From Candidatus Omnitrophota bacterium (GTDB taxonomy: Bacteria > Omnitrophota > Gorgyraeia > Zapsychrales > Fredricksoniimonadaceae): a stretch of 64,000 nt of DNA. The stretch spans positions 6,075-70,074 of the forward strand of contig CAVYLG010000005.1 in assembly GCA_963769315.1 (NCBI GenBank), read 5' to 3'. The number at the start of each line of letters is the position of its first letter. Position 1 is the first letter of the stretch. Shown here piece by piece: positions 45,260-54,460 of this stretch. The translations under genes were made by a program, and so were the position numbers. Under the pieces are notes generated by a model. The model saw only the letters and a program-made list of their open reading frames with translations. It was not told the origin of the DNA and searched no databases.

Positions 45260-47572
45260 TCAAGTTGTTAAAAGGGCTCGAATTTCTTGCTTTGGCTGAC
45301 CGGCTGGTTCCTGGTTTAACCCTAAAATTAACGGCAGGTTGGTTACGGGTGTCATTTGACGGATGGTAAACGTAGCTCCGGTCACTTGCGCGGTATCGAT
45401 TTCGGTACCGTTAAAATTAAACTTAAAATCTTCTCCCTGCTTTTTAACCTGCATACTCATCTGGGCCGGGTTTAAATCAATACCACCAAGGTCTGACTTT
45501 CTCTGTTCCAATACATTCATCGCTTGATTCGGTCCCCAATCGGAAAATAATCGTTCTCTATTATTAAATCGGGAATGATTTATTAGATCCTTAAGGTAAA
45601 CTTTTGCATTTAAGTAATAACGTCTTTTTGCATCATCATATAGGGCCTGCCTTCTATACTCATTAAGAGTAATAGAACTTCTGAAAAATAATGAGATTAT
45701 ATTTTCTTGTCTGTGACCAACCATGATGCTTTCATTTTTATCAATCGCGTCGTATAAATCCTGAAATATTTTTAGTATATCTGCTGTATTAGGATTTCTA
45801 TTACCCGCAAGAAACCTTTTTTGTAATGCTCGCTTTTCTTCTGAGTCCCAATGAGTATATGGGCTAACAAACAAATTTATCTGTCCGTCCGGAAAAAATA
45901 ATAGTTGAATAAAGTCGTTAATGGCCTCTCGAACGGCAAATAACATTACATCAGAAGGCCCTTCAATCTCATGTAAGATTTCCTCAAATAATGTAAGATG
46001 CGGGTTGTGGTTTGCCTCTTCAGCAATGATCACAAATTTTGATGCATCTGCAGGAAGGCCAAATTTAGCTAATAAATCTTTTTCACTGATCTTAAAGTAT
46101 TCGGCCCATCCATGCAATTCACCTTCTAAAAAAGCTGTTCCATTTAACTGACGATCAGACAAAAACTTCCAAGCAAAATCCCCCCTCCTTGCTATCACAA
46201 TAAACACGTGTTCTTCCCTGGCTAATTTTAATATACTCGCTACGCTTGGTATCCCTAGGATTTCACCACCTTTCATCAAATCTTGGATTTCCTGATCAGA
46301 ATTCATCGCCCTATCCGCTGGCCTTACTTTTTTATCTTTTCCCATTAACAAAGACCAACGTCTTAAAATCTCGCCAATATAAACTAATCGGATTTCTTCC
46401 CCCCTTATATATGCTTTAATTTTTGTTTTAAACTGCTCATCTCTTTCATCATTACCCGCTAGCGCATTAATCATCTCATAATCCTTCGCCAAACTTTCGG
46501 GGGCAATATGGTGATAAAACTGAAAAGACCTCTTAGCAGGATCATCCTCGGTAAATGCTTTCAAAACATCATTAACTGACTTGGAACGATTAAAAGGATA
46601 GATATTAACTCTCAAATATCTTATGATTTCTTTCTTAAATTCAGCGAGTTTCATCGTTCGTAGTTTCTTGGCTAAAGCCTCATCCTCAGAATTTGAATAA
46701 CCATTCTGGGCTTGAAAAAGTAATTCCTCCGCAAAAGCCCAGAAATCCTGTTCTTTAATTTTCTTCCTAACTTTATCCCAAACTCTAACTTTAAATATAC
46801 CTTTCGGATATTTTTGAAGCATACGTTCCTTAAAAACTTGATACGATTCACCCTGAGGATTCCGAAGCGCCTTCATCGCCCCATCCGTTGATCCAGAATT
46901 TGAAGACTGCGCGTTGCCTTCAGAAGGTATCGGCATCCGATCGGCTTTGACCCACAAAGTTGTTGTAAGATCCCTTTGTCCTTCCGGTCCCGAGACCTTG
47001 CCGCGATTGTATTCAAGTCGAAACGGCCTCTCGGATATGGCCAAATTGCGCACCTCATTGAATGCCCGATTACCGCCAGAATAAAACCCGCGCTCACCTC
47101 TTGCATTCCTTATGATCCTTCCCCAATCAAATTCCCCAATTGAAATTTGATGAATCGCCACACGGACGATCGCAGAACCATTAGATAATGGATATGCCCA
47201 ATAGGTAATATCAATAGGGGCATGAGAATCTTTGAAACGCGGCACATCATAAAAACCGGCATTATGGGTAAGCTCAGAAACAAGAGCTAAGAACTGTGTA
47301 TAATCGTCTCTTATTTGGAAAGAATCTTTAAAAAAACGCCCTTCAATATTCTTCCAATCGTGATGTTCAACTTGCGTTATGCCTTCAAACTTTATCTTGA
47401 AAACATTCTGGGGAACAGTCCCTTCTTTGAGTTGAAGTAGATCAGCATGTTTTGATATTTCCACGCGGTCCCCCTCTATGACCACATTCATCGCCGCATC
47501 CGCAACCTGTTTACCCAATAGCTGATCCATTTTGTCATCGTACCAGACAAAAGCACCATCAATATTGCTCAA
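45260..47572 (-). CDS. Large protein carrying the family C-terminal GGIDL domain but no N-domain or signal peptide; probably the distal part of the broken upstream giant gene
   Basis: 770 aa with only a TTG start (no ATG, no obvious SD). The last 75 aa (45263-45487) align with the C-termini of 4820..8524 and 59364..62114. It contains two copies of the DGAM/DRAM linker. Confidence 0.65.
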   Translation of the reverse strand: MSNIDGAFVWYDDKMDQLLGKQVADAAMNVVIEGDRVEISKHADLLQLKEGTVPQNVFKIKFEGITQVEHHDWKNIEGRFFKDSFQIRDDYTQFLALVSELTHNAGFYDVPRFKDSHAPIDITYWAYPLSNGSAIVRVAIHQISIGEFDWGRIIRNARGERGFYSGGNRAFNEVRNLAISERPFRLEYNRGKVSGPEGQRDLTTTLWVKADRMPIPSEGNAQSSNSGSTDGAMKALRNPQGESYQVFKERMLQKYPKGIFKVRVWDKVRKKIKEQDFWAFAEELLFQAQNGYSNSEDEALAKKLRTMKLAEFKKEIIRYLRVNIYPFNRSKSVNDVLKAFTEDDPAKRSFQFYHHIAPESLAKDYEMINALAGNDERDEQFKTKIKAYIRGEEIRLVYIGEILRRWSLLMGKDKKVRPADRAMNSDQEIQDLMKGGEILGIPSVASILKLAREEHVFIVIARRGDFAWKFLSDRQLNGTAFLEGELHGWAEYFKISEKDLLAKFGLPADASKFVIIAEEANHNPHLTLFEEILHEIEGPSDVMLFAVREAINDFIQLLFFPDGQINLFVSPYTHWDSEEKRALQKRFLAGNRNPNTADILKIFQDLYDAIDKNESIMVGHRQENIISLFFRSSITLNEYRRQALYDDAKRRYYLNAKVYLKDLINHSRFNNRERLFSDWGPNQAMNVLEQRKSDLGGIDLNPAQMSMQVKKQGEDFKFNFNGTEIDTAQVTGATFTIRQMTPVTNLPLILGLNQEPAGQPKQEIRALLTT

Positions 47573-47652
47573 AACATTCAGGTAATTTCCTGTTACAATC
47601 CGCCGCGGATATTGAGTACTAACATTCCCTTACCATCATCACATCCCTCAAA

Positions 47653-48421
47653 TTATCCAACCTGAAAGAATCTCTCCCCGAACTTCTGTGATGAAAGTTC
47701 TGCGCCAACGCGTCCATTTCCGACGGCAAAATCGTAATGCCCCCTAAATCCACATGACTCCAATCCTCGTGGCGTATGGCATTCTGGTTCTTTCCACGAA
47801 TAACAACCCTTGCGTTTCTTGATCAATCCATTAAGGAAGCTATAATCTTTTCTCATGTTAAGAATCGTCTGCCCCCTATATCTAACGACGCTTTCGGCGT
47901 CCTTTATAACTAAGATATACTCGGGATGTTTCTTTTGAAATACCAGCATCTCATCTCTATATTGAGCTTCCGCTTTGAAGGCCACCTTACCCAATTCTCG
48001 GCTAATCTCTCCTTGGCCAATACTCATCATTTTGTTTACGAGCAGCATGCCATTTTAAATCTAATTCGCGATATTCCGGCCAGTCCTTATATCCCGTAGC
48101 TTCTTCGACAGATTCAACAACAAGGACCGGTAATCGGTACGATCCGTAACCAATAGCCATCAATTGGTGACCGAAATCATCTTTTTGGTAGCTGAGTGTC
48201 TTATACTGAGCAAACCTTGGCACATCATCGGGGTTACCTAAATTGATCGTTCTCGACTGAAGAACATAAACCTGTCCGTCATTCTTAGAGGATGCCAACT
48301 CTATTTGCTGAACGCCGTAAATTCCTTCGATCTTGGCTGCTGTTTCTCCAAACTGCGAAAGGATCCCCCGCACTCGATCATCGAGTTCATTCTTCTCCAA
48401 CACGTGCGCCTTTTTTATCAT
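47653..48421 (-). pseudogene. Frame-shifted continuation of 48387..52082 (rest of the PPDK_N-like ATP-binding domain and beyond)
   Basis: 48002..48421 continues the PEP-utilising/PPDK_N-like domain after a frame change at an A6 run (48411-48416). 47653..48048 lies in yet another frame. Confidence 0.55.
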
Positions 48422-51400
48422 AAGCGATCACGCCACCGGTTTCGTTGCCTTCCTGACCGCGCATTTGATAATGAATCAACATTTTATTCGAGTCATGAGT
48501 GTCCGACGTAACGAACATCCCAAAAACATCCACATCGATCTGCTCCATAATGACCGTATTCATCGCGTTGGGATCAAAATCAACGATCTTCAACGCCTTT
48601 CGGTATTCTTGAACACGATAACGATCCCTTGCCATAGCCACAATCTCCTCGTAAGCTTTTTCAACGCTTTTCGGCTCCTGTTCCTCAAGCCAATCTTCTT
48701 CTCCACCTTCTTTCTTAGAAATTTCTGCTTCAGTCAAAACTGAAATATTCCCATAACTATCAAATATTCCCGAATACGAGTGCTTTTTACCCTCTTCAGG
48801 GTGAGCACTTCGTACGATCACCGGCCTCTTCAAGCTATCAAATGCTTGACGCAGTTGATCATCAATAACAAGCTTCCCACTTCCGTTACTTTTTATTACA
48901 AAAAATTTTGGAACATTAAAGCCAGCTTGTTTTAACCAAATAAGTTTTTCTGGCTTTTCTCCTAAATTCTCTGGGATAGCTCCTTGAATATTATCGGGGG
49001 AAATGATTTTTTGCTCAGAATTCATCGCCCCATCCGCAGGCAAAACCTTCATAATTTCAGTGGCTAGTGCATCATAATTTCGCTTTGATGGCTCAGGAAG
49101 CAAAACGTTGATACCAAATATGTCTGATGCTTTTATTATTCTATCTGCTTTATCTTGATCCATTTGAAGCTCGGCATAATTATCATTGAAACGATCATTT
49201 AACCTTCCAGTATTTAATTTAAAAGATTGGATATCCCTATCAAATGAAGAATTAATGATAATGCTGACAGGAATAAAACCAAGTTTAATATCTGCTGCTG
49301 AAGCATATACTTCTGGCTTACCTTTGTAAGCCCGCCTCGGAGGTTCAGGGTAATAAGAAGCGCTAGCCTGCAAAACTCCACCGCTATCAAAGTATGCTAT
49401 AACACCACCATCTGCCCGAATAGAAAATCGAGGATCTTTAATTAATCTGCTAGCAATATTAGACTTTCCTGTACCAGGCATCCCTGTAATTAAAATATTT
49501 TTATTCGTTCTATGGTCATAAATTAAATTCCCATGAATCGAAAACATATCGAAGCCTTTTATAATATCCAAAGCCCGTCTCACTGCAGGAATGAGGCGGT
49601 AACCAACCCTTTCCTGTCTCTTGAGTTCAGTTACTTCAAACATGTTTTCCTCTGGAGTTAGGTACAAAAAAATCTCATTGGGGTCAGTAATGGGAGTATC
49701 CAACATTTCCACATCAGCCTTCATCGCCCCATCCGCTTTCCCTGCCGATTGTTGAGTTAACTCGTTGGCATTAAGCTCCATTTTCTGAGACAATAATTTA
49801 TCAACATCGTTTGCCAACCAACTCTTAAGTGTTGGGCCAAACCCAGGGATTTTGAATTCAGCTTTAAGAAATTCCAGAAATTCTTTCTTCTTCTGAAAGG
49901 TTCTATCCTTAATTTTACTTTTAATGTCCGCAATAAGACTAGCCACATTAAATCCTGCATTGTTGCGCTTAATTTCATCGCTAACCCGCTGCTTGATAAC
50001 ATCTTCCCAATCAATTTCACCAATGCGACTCCATTTTATATTTTCTGCATCCGCTAAAGGTTTGGAATCAATATCGCCCGTTGGCACCACCACGCGGTCA
50101 GCCTGCTTCGCCCTTGGTGTCTGATTTCTACTGCCATCAACTGCAGAGGGGGCTATTGTATATTCATATAACGTACAAGCCTCCACATTGGGGTTTGAGG
50201 TTATTGAAAATGTTCTGTGTCTTAATAAACTTAAACCATCAAATTGAACAGGATTGTATTTGTTTTGACGCAATATGATCAATTTAGTTTCTTTTTTAAG
50301 ACCACCTCTCGCCTTACGCATCTGCTCACTAAATTTTTGAATAAATTCCTGAGCGTTATGAGTGGGCTCAGGATAATAAAGATAGACAACATCATATCTA
50401 CTGAAGTCGACGTCGCTGGAAAATATATCTCCTTTTTTTAAATTAACTTTTGATACTGTCTGTTTTAACGATGATAAGTCCTCTGGCGCAAGAATTTTTT
50501 GGAACTCGCTCTTACCCAAATTTCTTAAAAAAAGATCGCTTATAAGTTGTCCTATAGAAAAAGGCTTCTCTGCCTGTTCCATACCCTCAACGGAAAAACC
50601 CCGCGCTGCCAGTCTATAAGCAAACATCCCGTCACCTGAGCCAAAATCAAAAACTTTGGCACCTTCTTTGAGATCTGCAAAATTCACAAATTCATCCAAA
50701 ACCTCGGGAAGGGTTTCTTCAAATTTGCCATATTCTACAGGCATAGACTCGGTTAATTCCACCACATTGCTCCCCGGTGTTTGTTTGGCATATCCCATGC
50801 CTAGGTAAATTTGTATATATAGATTTTGTATAATTCTTTCAACGACAGGATTCCTCGCAGATGTCATAGCCATATCCGTTACAACATCTGTTAAACGTTT
50901 TTCAACATCAGCAATCGCTGCCCTATCTACTTTCGCTGGCCCCACAGCAATAATGGCTGCATCCATATATTCACCTATCACTCCCCCCGAAAAATATTTC
51001 CTCGGGATGCCTTCATTGGTAATAGGATCGGGCTCTTCTTTGATATAGTTATAAACACCTTTTTTGAAGGCTTGGAGGTATTGGCTGTAGATCATTTCGA
51101 CATCACTGGTTGTTCTTTTAGAGATTGCTTCGTCAGTCGCTACGCTCCTTCCTCGCAATGACACAGTGGGCTTAACACCTTCAATTTTATTTTTATCCGC
51201 ATAAACTTTATTGAGGATGCTGTCCTTGATTTTCTTTTTATACCAAGTGGCCAAAATAAGCGAATAAAAGACCTGGCGCAGTTGGGCGAAATTTTTGCCT
51301 TCGTTGACTTCCTTGTTTAAAGCGGGGATGACGATTTCGCGAACTATTTGGGAACCGATAGCATTGATACCTCCAAAACTCCCCCTAGCCCCCTCTTTAT

Positions 51401-52082
51401 AAAAAAGAGGGGGAACGTGTTTTTGTAATGCTAAATAATCTTGTTCAAGCATAACTTTCAAATGATTCTCCAAAACAAACGCTGTTCCTCCGTTTTCATA
51501 CACAACCGCCTTCTCAGGGACTATCCAGACTTTATTGAAGGTATTAATAGGGATATTCGTTGTCCCATATTTGGCTTGGGCTTGAGCATATACCTTCTGC
51601 CAAAACTCCTTGCCTAGTTGACTTTCGGGATAAATTATTGAGGCGGTGATTTGTTTCAGGAGATAATCTTCTGCCAAGAGGTCACGGCCCATTTCCGTCT
51701 GGCCGAATTCTTGCGGCACTATACGGTCTTTTTCATAAGGAGAAAGATTGACCCAAAGGTCTTTTTCAGGGATGGTTAATGAAGCCAGAAAATATTTAAT
51801 TAACTTAGAAGATTCACTTTTAAGTTTTTCTTGGCTTAAGCTGGTTTCGCCTCTATCTACAAAAAAATGAAAACGGAAAGGATTCTGCGGGTCCAGCTTT
51901 ATTCCTTTAAGTACTGCCGGACTAAAAGCTGGACTTAAGGCCACCATATGGCCTGGCGCAGGTAAACGAAACTCCGCGTCTGCCGAGCAAGCAATAGGGC
52001 AAATAGGCCCAAACGAATTGGCCAAAAAGGCAAAAATGAGCCCTAGGGCTATATTAGCTCTTAGATTTAAATGCATTTTCAT
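48387..52082 (-). CDS. Giant modular secreted protein, family member 2 (N-domain; SAM-MTase-like, HprK-like P-loop and PPDK_N-like cargo); 3' part frame-broken
   Basis: It has a signal/anchor sequence ANIALGLIFAFLANSFGP and the shared N-domain. The MTase motif I is KVFDFGSGDGMFAYRL. The P-loop NILITGMPGTGKSNIASRLIKDPRFSIRADGG resembles HPr kinase. LKQAGFNVPKFFVI...VRSAHPEEGKKHSYSGIFDS resembles the PPDK/PEP-synthase ATP-binding domain. Confidence 0.8.
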   Translation of the reverse strand: MKMHLNLRANIALGLIFAFLANSFGPICPIACSADAEFRLPAPGHMVALSPAFSPAVLKGIKLDPQNPFRFHFFVDRGETSLSQEKLKSESSKLIKYFLASLTIPEKDLWVNLSPYEKDRIVPQEFGQTEMGRDLLAEDYLLKQITASIIYPESQLGKEFWQKVYAQAQAKYGTTNIPINTFNKVWIVPEKAVVYENGGTAFVLENHLKVMLEQDYLALQKHVPPLFYKEGARGSFGGINAIGSQIVREIVIPALNKEVNEGKNFAQLRQVFYSLILATWYKKKIKDSILNKVYADKNKIEGVKPTVSLRGRSVATDEAISKRTTSDVEMIYSQYLQAFKKGVYNYIKEEPDPITNEGIPRKYFSGGVIGEYMDAAIIAVGPAKVDRAAIADVEKRLTDVVTDMAMTSARNPVVERIIQNLYIQIYLGMGYAKQTPGSNVVELTESMPVEYGKFEETLPEVLDEFVNFADLKEGAKVFDFGSGDGMFAYRLAARGFSVEGMEQAEKPFSIGQLISDLFLRNLGKSEFQKILAPEDLSSLKQTVSKVNLKKGDIFSSDVDFSRYDVVYLYYPEPTHNAQEFIQKFSEQMRKARGGLKKETKLIILRQNKYNPVQFDGLSLLRHRTFSITSNPNVEACTLYEYTIAPSAVDGSRNQTPRAKQADRVVVPTGDIDSKPLADAENIKWSRIGEIDWEDVIKQRVSDEIKRNNAGFNVASLIADIKSKIKDRTFQKKKEFLEFLKAEFKIPGFGPTLKSWLANDVDKLLSQKMELNANELTQQSAGKADGAMKADVEMLDTPITDPNEIFLYLTPEENMFEVTELKRQERVGYRLIPAVRRALDIIKGFDMFSIHGNLIYDHRTNKNILITGMPGTGKSNIASRLIKDPRFSIRADGGVIAYFDSGGVLQASASYYPEPPRRAYKGKPEVYASAADIKLGFIPVSIIINSSFDRDIQSFKLNTGRLNDRFNDNYAELQMDQDKADRIIKASDIFGINVLLPEPSKRNYDALATEIMKVLPADGAMNSEQKIISPDNIQGAIPENLGEKPEKLIWLKQAGFNVPKFFVIKSNGSGKLVIDDQLRQAFDSLKRPVIVRSAHPEEGKKHSYSGIFDSYGNISVLTEAEISKKEGGEEDWLEEQEPKSVEKAYEEIVAMARDRYRVQEYRKALKIVDFDPNAMNTVIMEQIDVDVFGMFVTSDTHDSNKMLIHYQMRGQEGNETGGVIAYDKKGARVGEE
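51121..51164. repeat. Family A palindromic repeat inserted in frame inside the 48387..52082 CDS
   Basis: gagattgcttcgtcagtcgctacgctccttcctcgcaatgacac is translated as ..VSLRGRSVATDEAIS... It is absent from the same position in the two paralogs. Confidence 0.8.
51388..51426. repeat. Family B palindromic repeat inserted in frame inside the 48387..52082 CDS
   Basis: actccccctagccccctctttataaaaaagagggggaac is translated as VPPLFYKEGARGS. The same element is intergenic at 42135-42168, 44578-44600 and 54313-54349. Confidence 0.8.
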
Positions 52083-52135
52083 ATATAAGATAAAGGATAT
52101 ACTACTTTTTATAATTGTGCCAATTTTTGTGTTTC

Positions 52136-52170
52136 GGAGAATTATGGGGAATTATGGGGAATTATGGGGA
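52136..52170. repeat. 10-bp tandem repeat (attatgggga x3 plus a partial unit) in the 5' region of the giant gene
   Basis: ggaga attatgggga attatgggga attatgggga, located 54-88 nt upstream of the ATG at 52082. Confidence 0.85.
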
Positions 52171-52231
52171 CACAATACTTATCCCTTTAAAATCCTTGGG
52201 GGAAGGATTAATTAGGATAAGATTAGACCTT

Positions 52232-52951
52232 TTAGGGTTTTACGCAAGGGTTTTGATACTTTGCGGGAGATGGAATACCGATATCAACTACCACATGCCG
52301 GCCTGAGTAAAAAGCCCCTTGTTTTTTAAAAAAACCTCTCTTTAGGGCACTAAAGGTCACAGTCAGGTGGGCTTTGATGCAAATACAATAGATTTCCCCG
52401 GTAGTCCCATTTAATCCTGATGGGACATCAACTGCAACCACATACGAACTCCGGAAATTGATGGCATGGATAATCCCGTAGTACGGCTCTTGAATAGGAC
52501 GATTTAGCCCTACCCCAAAAATAGCATCCACAATAAGATCTGCTGATTGAATGGATTTCTTAAAAGCAGGATCCAACACATAAACAGGCTTCACACTGAT
52601 CCCTAAGTTCTTTGCCACGCGATAATTGACCAAGGCATCTGTTTTAAGATCTGTGACACTCCCTGCTAAGAAAATACGCGGTTTTAGGCCCCAGTTAAAG
52701 AGATATCGGGCAGCTACAAAACCATCCCCTCCGTTATTACCTGTCCCGCAGACAATCACGACAGAGGGCTTTTTCCGGGCTTTTAGCTTCTTATATATCT
52801 CCTGGGCCACTCCGCGGCCGGCATTTTCCATCAACGCCAAAGACGGAATACTGATCTTTTCTATGGCCCAACGGTCTAATTCTTGAATTTCCGATACAGT
52901 TAATGTTTTAAAAAAAGAATTGTGTTTAATTTCCGTCATTAACGTAAGCAT
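52232..52951 (-). CDS. nnrE: NAD(P)H-hydrate epimerase (YjeF N-terminal domain only)
   Basis: LMENAGRGVAQEI...VVIVCGTGNNGGDGFVAARYL...DAIFGVGLNRP. No fused dehydratase domain. Confidence 0.75.
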   Translation of the reverse strand: MLTLMTEIKHNSFFKTLTVSEIQELDRWAIEKISIPSLALMENAGRGVAQEIYKKLKARKKPSVVIVCGTGNNGGDGFVAARYLFNWGLKPRIFLAGSVTDLKTDALVNYRVAKNLGISVKPVYVLDPAFKKSIQSADLIVDAIFGVGLNRPIQEPYYGIIHAINFRSSYVVAVDVPSGLNGTTGEIYCICIKAHLTVTFSALKRGFFKKQGAFYSGRHVVVDIGIPSPAKYQNPCVKP

Positions 52952-53534
52952 CTTTCCAATATTTTGTGCCGTGCACAGTCGCTTGTAATGCCAGACCGCT
53001 TTCGGTTAATTGGTAAATCCTCAATCCGGGCGCGATGGCAAGGGCCCCGCTCATGGCAGCACCTGTATCTCCACCCTTAAAGGCAGCGTCAGACTCTCCG
53101 CCAAAACTCCAACCGCTATTGATGAATTTATCCAGGACTTCTTTATTATCAAAAATAAATACGGCCCGAAAATCCTTGACCCCCAGACCTAATCCTAAAC
53201 CACCCTGCGCCATACGCATAAAGGTATCTTTACCGCCGAAAAGTCCGTTTTCATGGACTATCCCCCGTCCCGCTGTCACACTGGCGAAGATCAAATTCAC
53301 ATTTAAGCTCGTAAAGGTGGCATATCCTTTAGCATGCTCGATCTCTCGACGCGCCTGAGGCTGTAATTGATAAAGTTCATTGAGGGTTTGGTCCCTTCGA
53401 TAACGCAAATAATCGCGCCATTGGGCCGGTGTATTGGGCTTCATATTGACATCAGCATTAGCCGTCATCGGAAAAATTAATGAACTTAATAAAAATAATA
53501 TCCATAATCGCTTCTGCATTTTTACCTCCCCCAA
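52926..53534 (-). CDS. Secreted SYLF/DUF500 (Ysc84-like) domain protein
   Basis: It has a signal peptide. GGLGLGLGVKDFRAVFIF...SFGGESDAAFKGGDTGAA...LALQATVHGTKYWKD. Family call from memory only. Confidence 0.45.
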   Translation of the reverse strand: MGEVKMQKRLWILFLLSSLIFPMTANADVNMKPNTPAQWRDYLRYRRDQTLNELYQLQPQARREIEHAKGYATFTSLNVNLIFASVTAGRGIVHENGLFGGKDTFMRMAQGGLGLGLGVKDFRAVFIFDNKEVLDKFINSGWSFGGESDAAFKGGDTGAAMSGALAIAPGLRIYQLTESGLALQATVHGTKYWKDAYVNDGN

Positions 53535-53539
53535 TGGTG

Positions 53540-54271
53540 TTAGTTACAAATACCTAAATATTTCCCTGTAAGATGAATTGTTTGATTCATGTGTTTATTT
53601 ATCATATTTGTTTGTGACGTCGCATCCCCTTCCAGGGAATCTCCATTATAAGTCACATAACCATTACTATCTGTAGTTTCTTGGCCGGCAAGTGCAGTCA
53701 TAGTGCATGTCACGTTGTAATGTACGGTATTCCCATTAACTTTATGGGTCTCCTGACAAGACTTCCTATCATTTCCGAATGGAAATGGAATTTGATTTGT
53801 AATGCATAAAGTCATTGTTGTCGTAAATCCTTGAGAGCTGATATCCGTATTAGCCGGCATATATTTCTTCATTGTTTCCTTCATTTCCGGGGACAAATTA
53901 TTCATCGCATTAGCAATTTCCGACTGCCCTTCCAACTTGGTCGTCATGGTTATAGACCATTTCCCTACTTTAATACCTTCAGTTTTTGCCGAATTAATGA
54001 TGGGATTATTTTCATTATTATTGACTCTTTCATTAATCGAGGCTTGTTTGACGTCTACAAGACCGTTACCTCGATTAATGCTTTTAATTCTATCTAAATA
54101 ATAGGTCAAAGTTATCCCTGAAGATTCAAGTTTTATATACTTATCTGTTTGTTCTGTTATCTTACCTTCAACGGTGTTACCGTTTAACAATATTACAGTA
54201 TCGGCGTAAGCCGGCATCAAAACCAATACGCTCAATAAAAACATCCCCAATAAAAAGATCCTTTTATTCAT
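53540..54271 (-). CDS. Secreted hypothetical protein, C-terminal half DUF3617-like
   Basis: It has a signal peptide. Spaced Cys residues (MTLCITNQ, KSCQETHKVNGNTVHYNVTC, LGIC) follow a pattern reminiscent of DUF3617. Confidence 0.45.
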   Translation of the reverse strand: MNKRIFLLGMFLLSVLVLMPAYADTVILLNGNTVEGKITEQTDKYIKLESSGITLTYYLDRIKSINRGNGLVDVKQASINERVNNNENNPIINSAKTEGIKVGKWSITMTTKLEGQSEIANAMNNLSPEMKETMKKYMPANTDISSQGFTTTMTLCITNQIPFPFGNDRKSCQETHKVNGNTVHYNVTCTMTALAGQETTDSNGYVTYNGDSLEGDATSQTNMINKHMNQTIHLTGKYLGICN

Positions 54272-54460
54272 AGCTTAGATGTGCCAGACAGATATTGAAT
54301 CCATAAAATTATGAGCTCCCCTAACCCCTTCTTTATAATAAAGAGGGGGATTAAAACCACTCATTATAATAAAGAGGGAAAATTAAACTGCAATAAGATT
54401 CTTTGCTTTGCTCAGAATAACGGGGATGTTAAAATAATAATGCAGTTCTAAGGGGTCATT

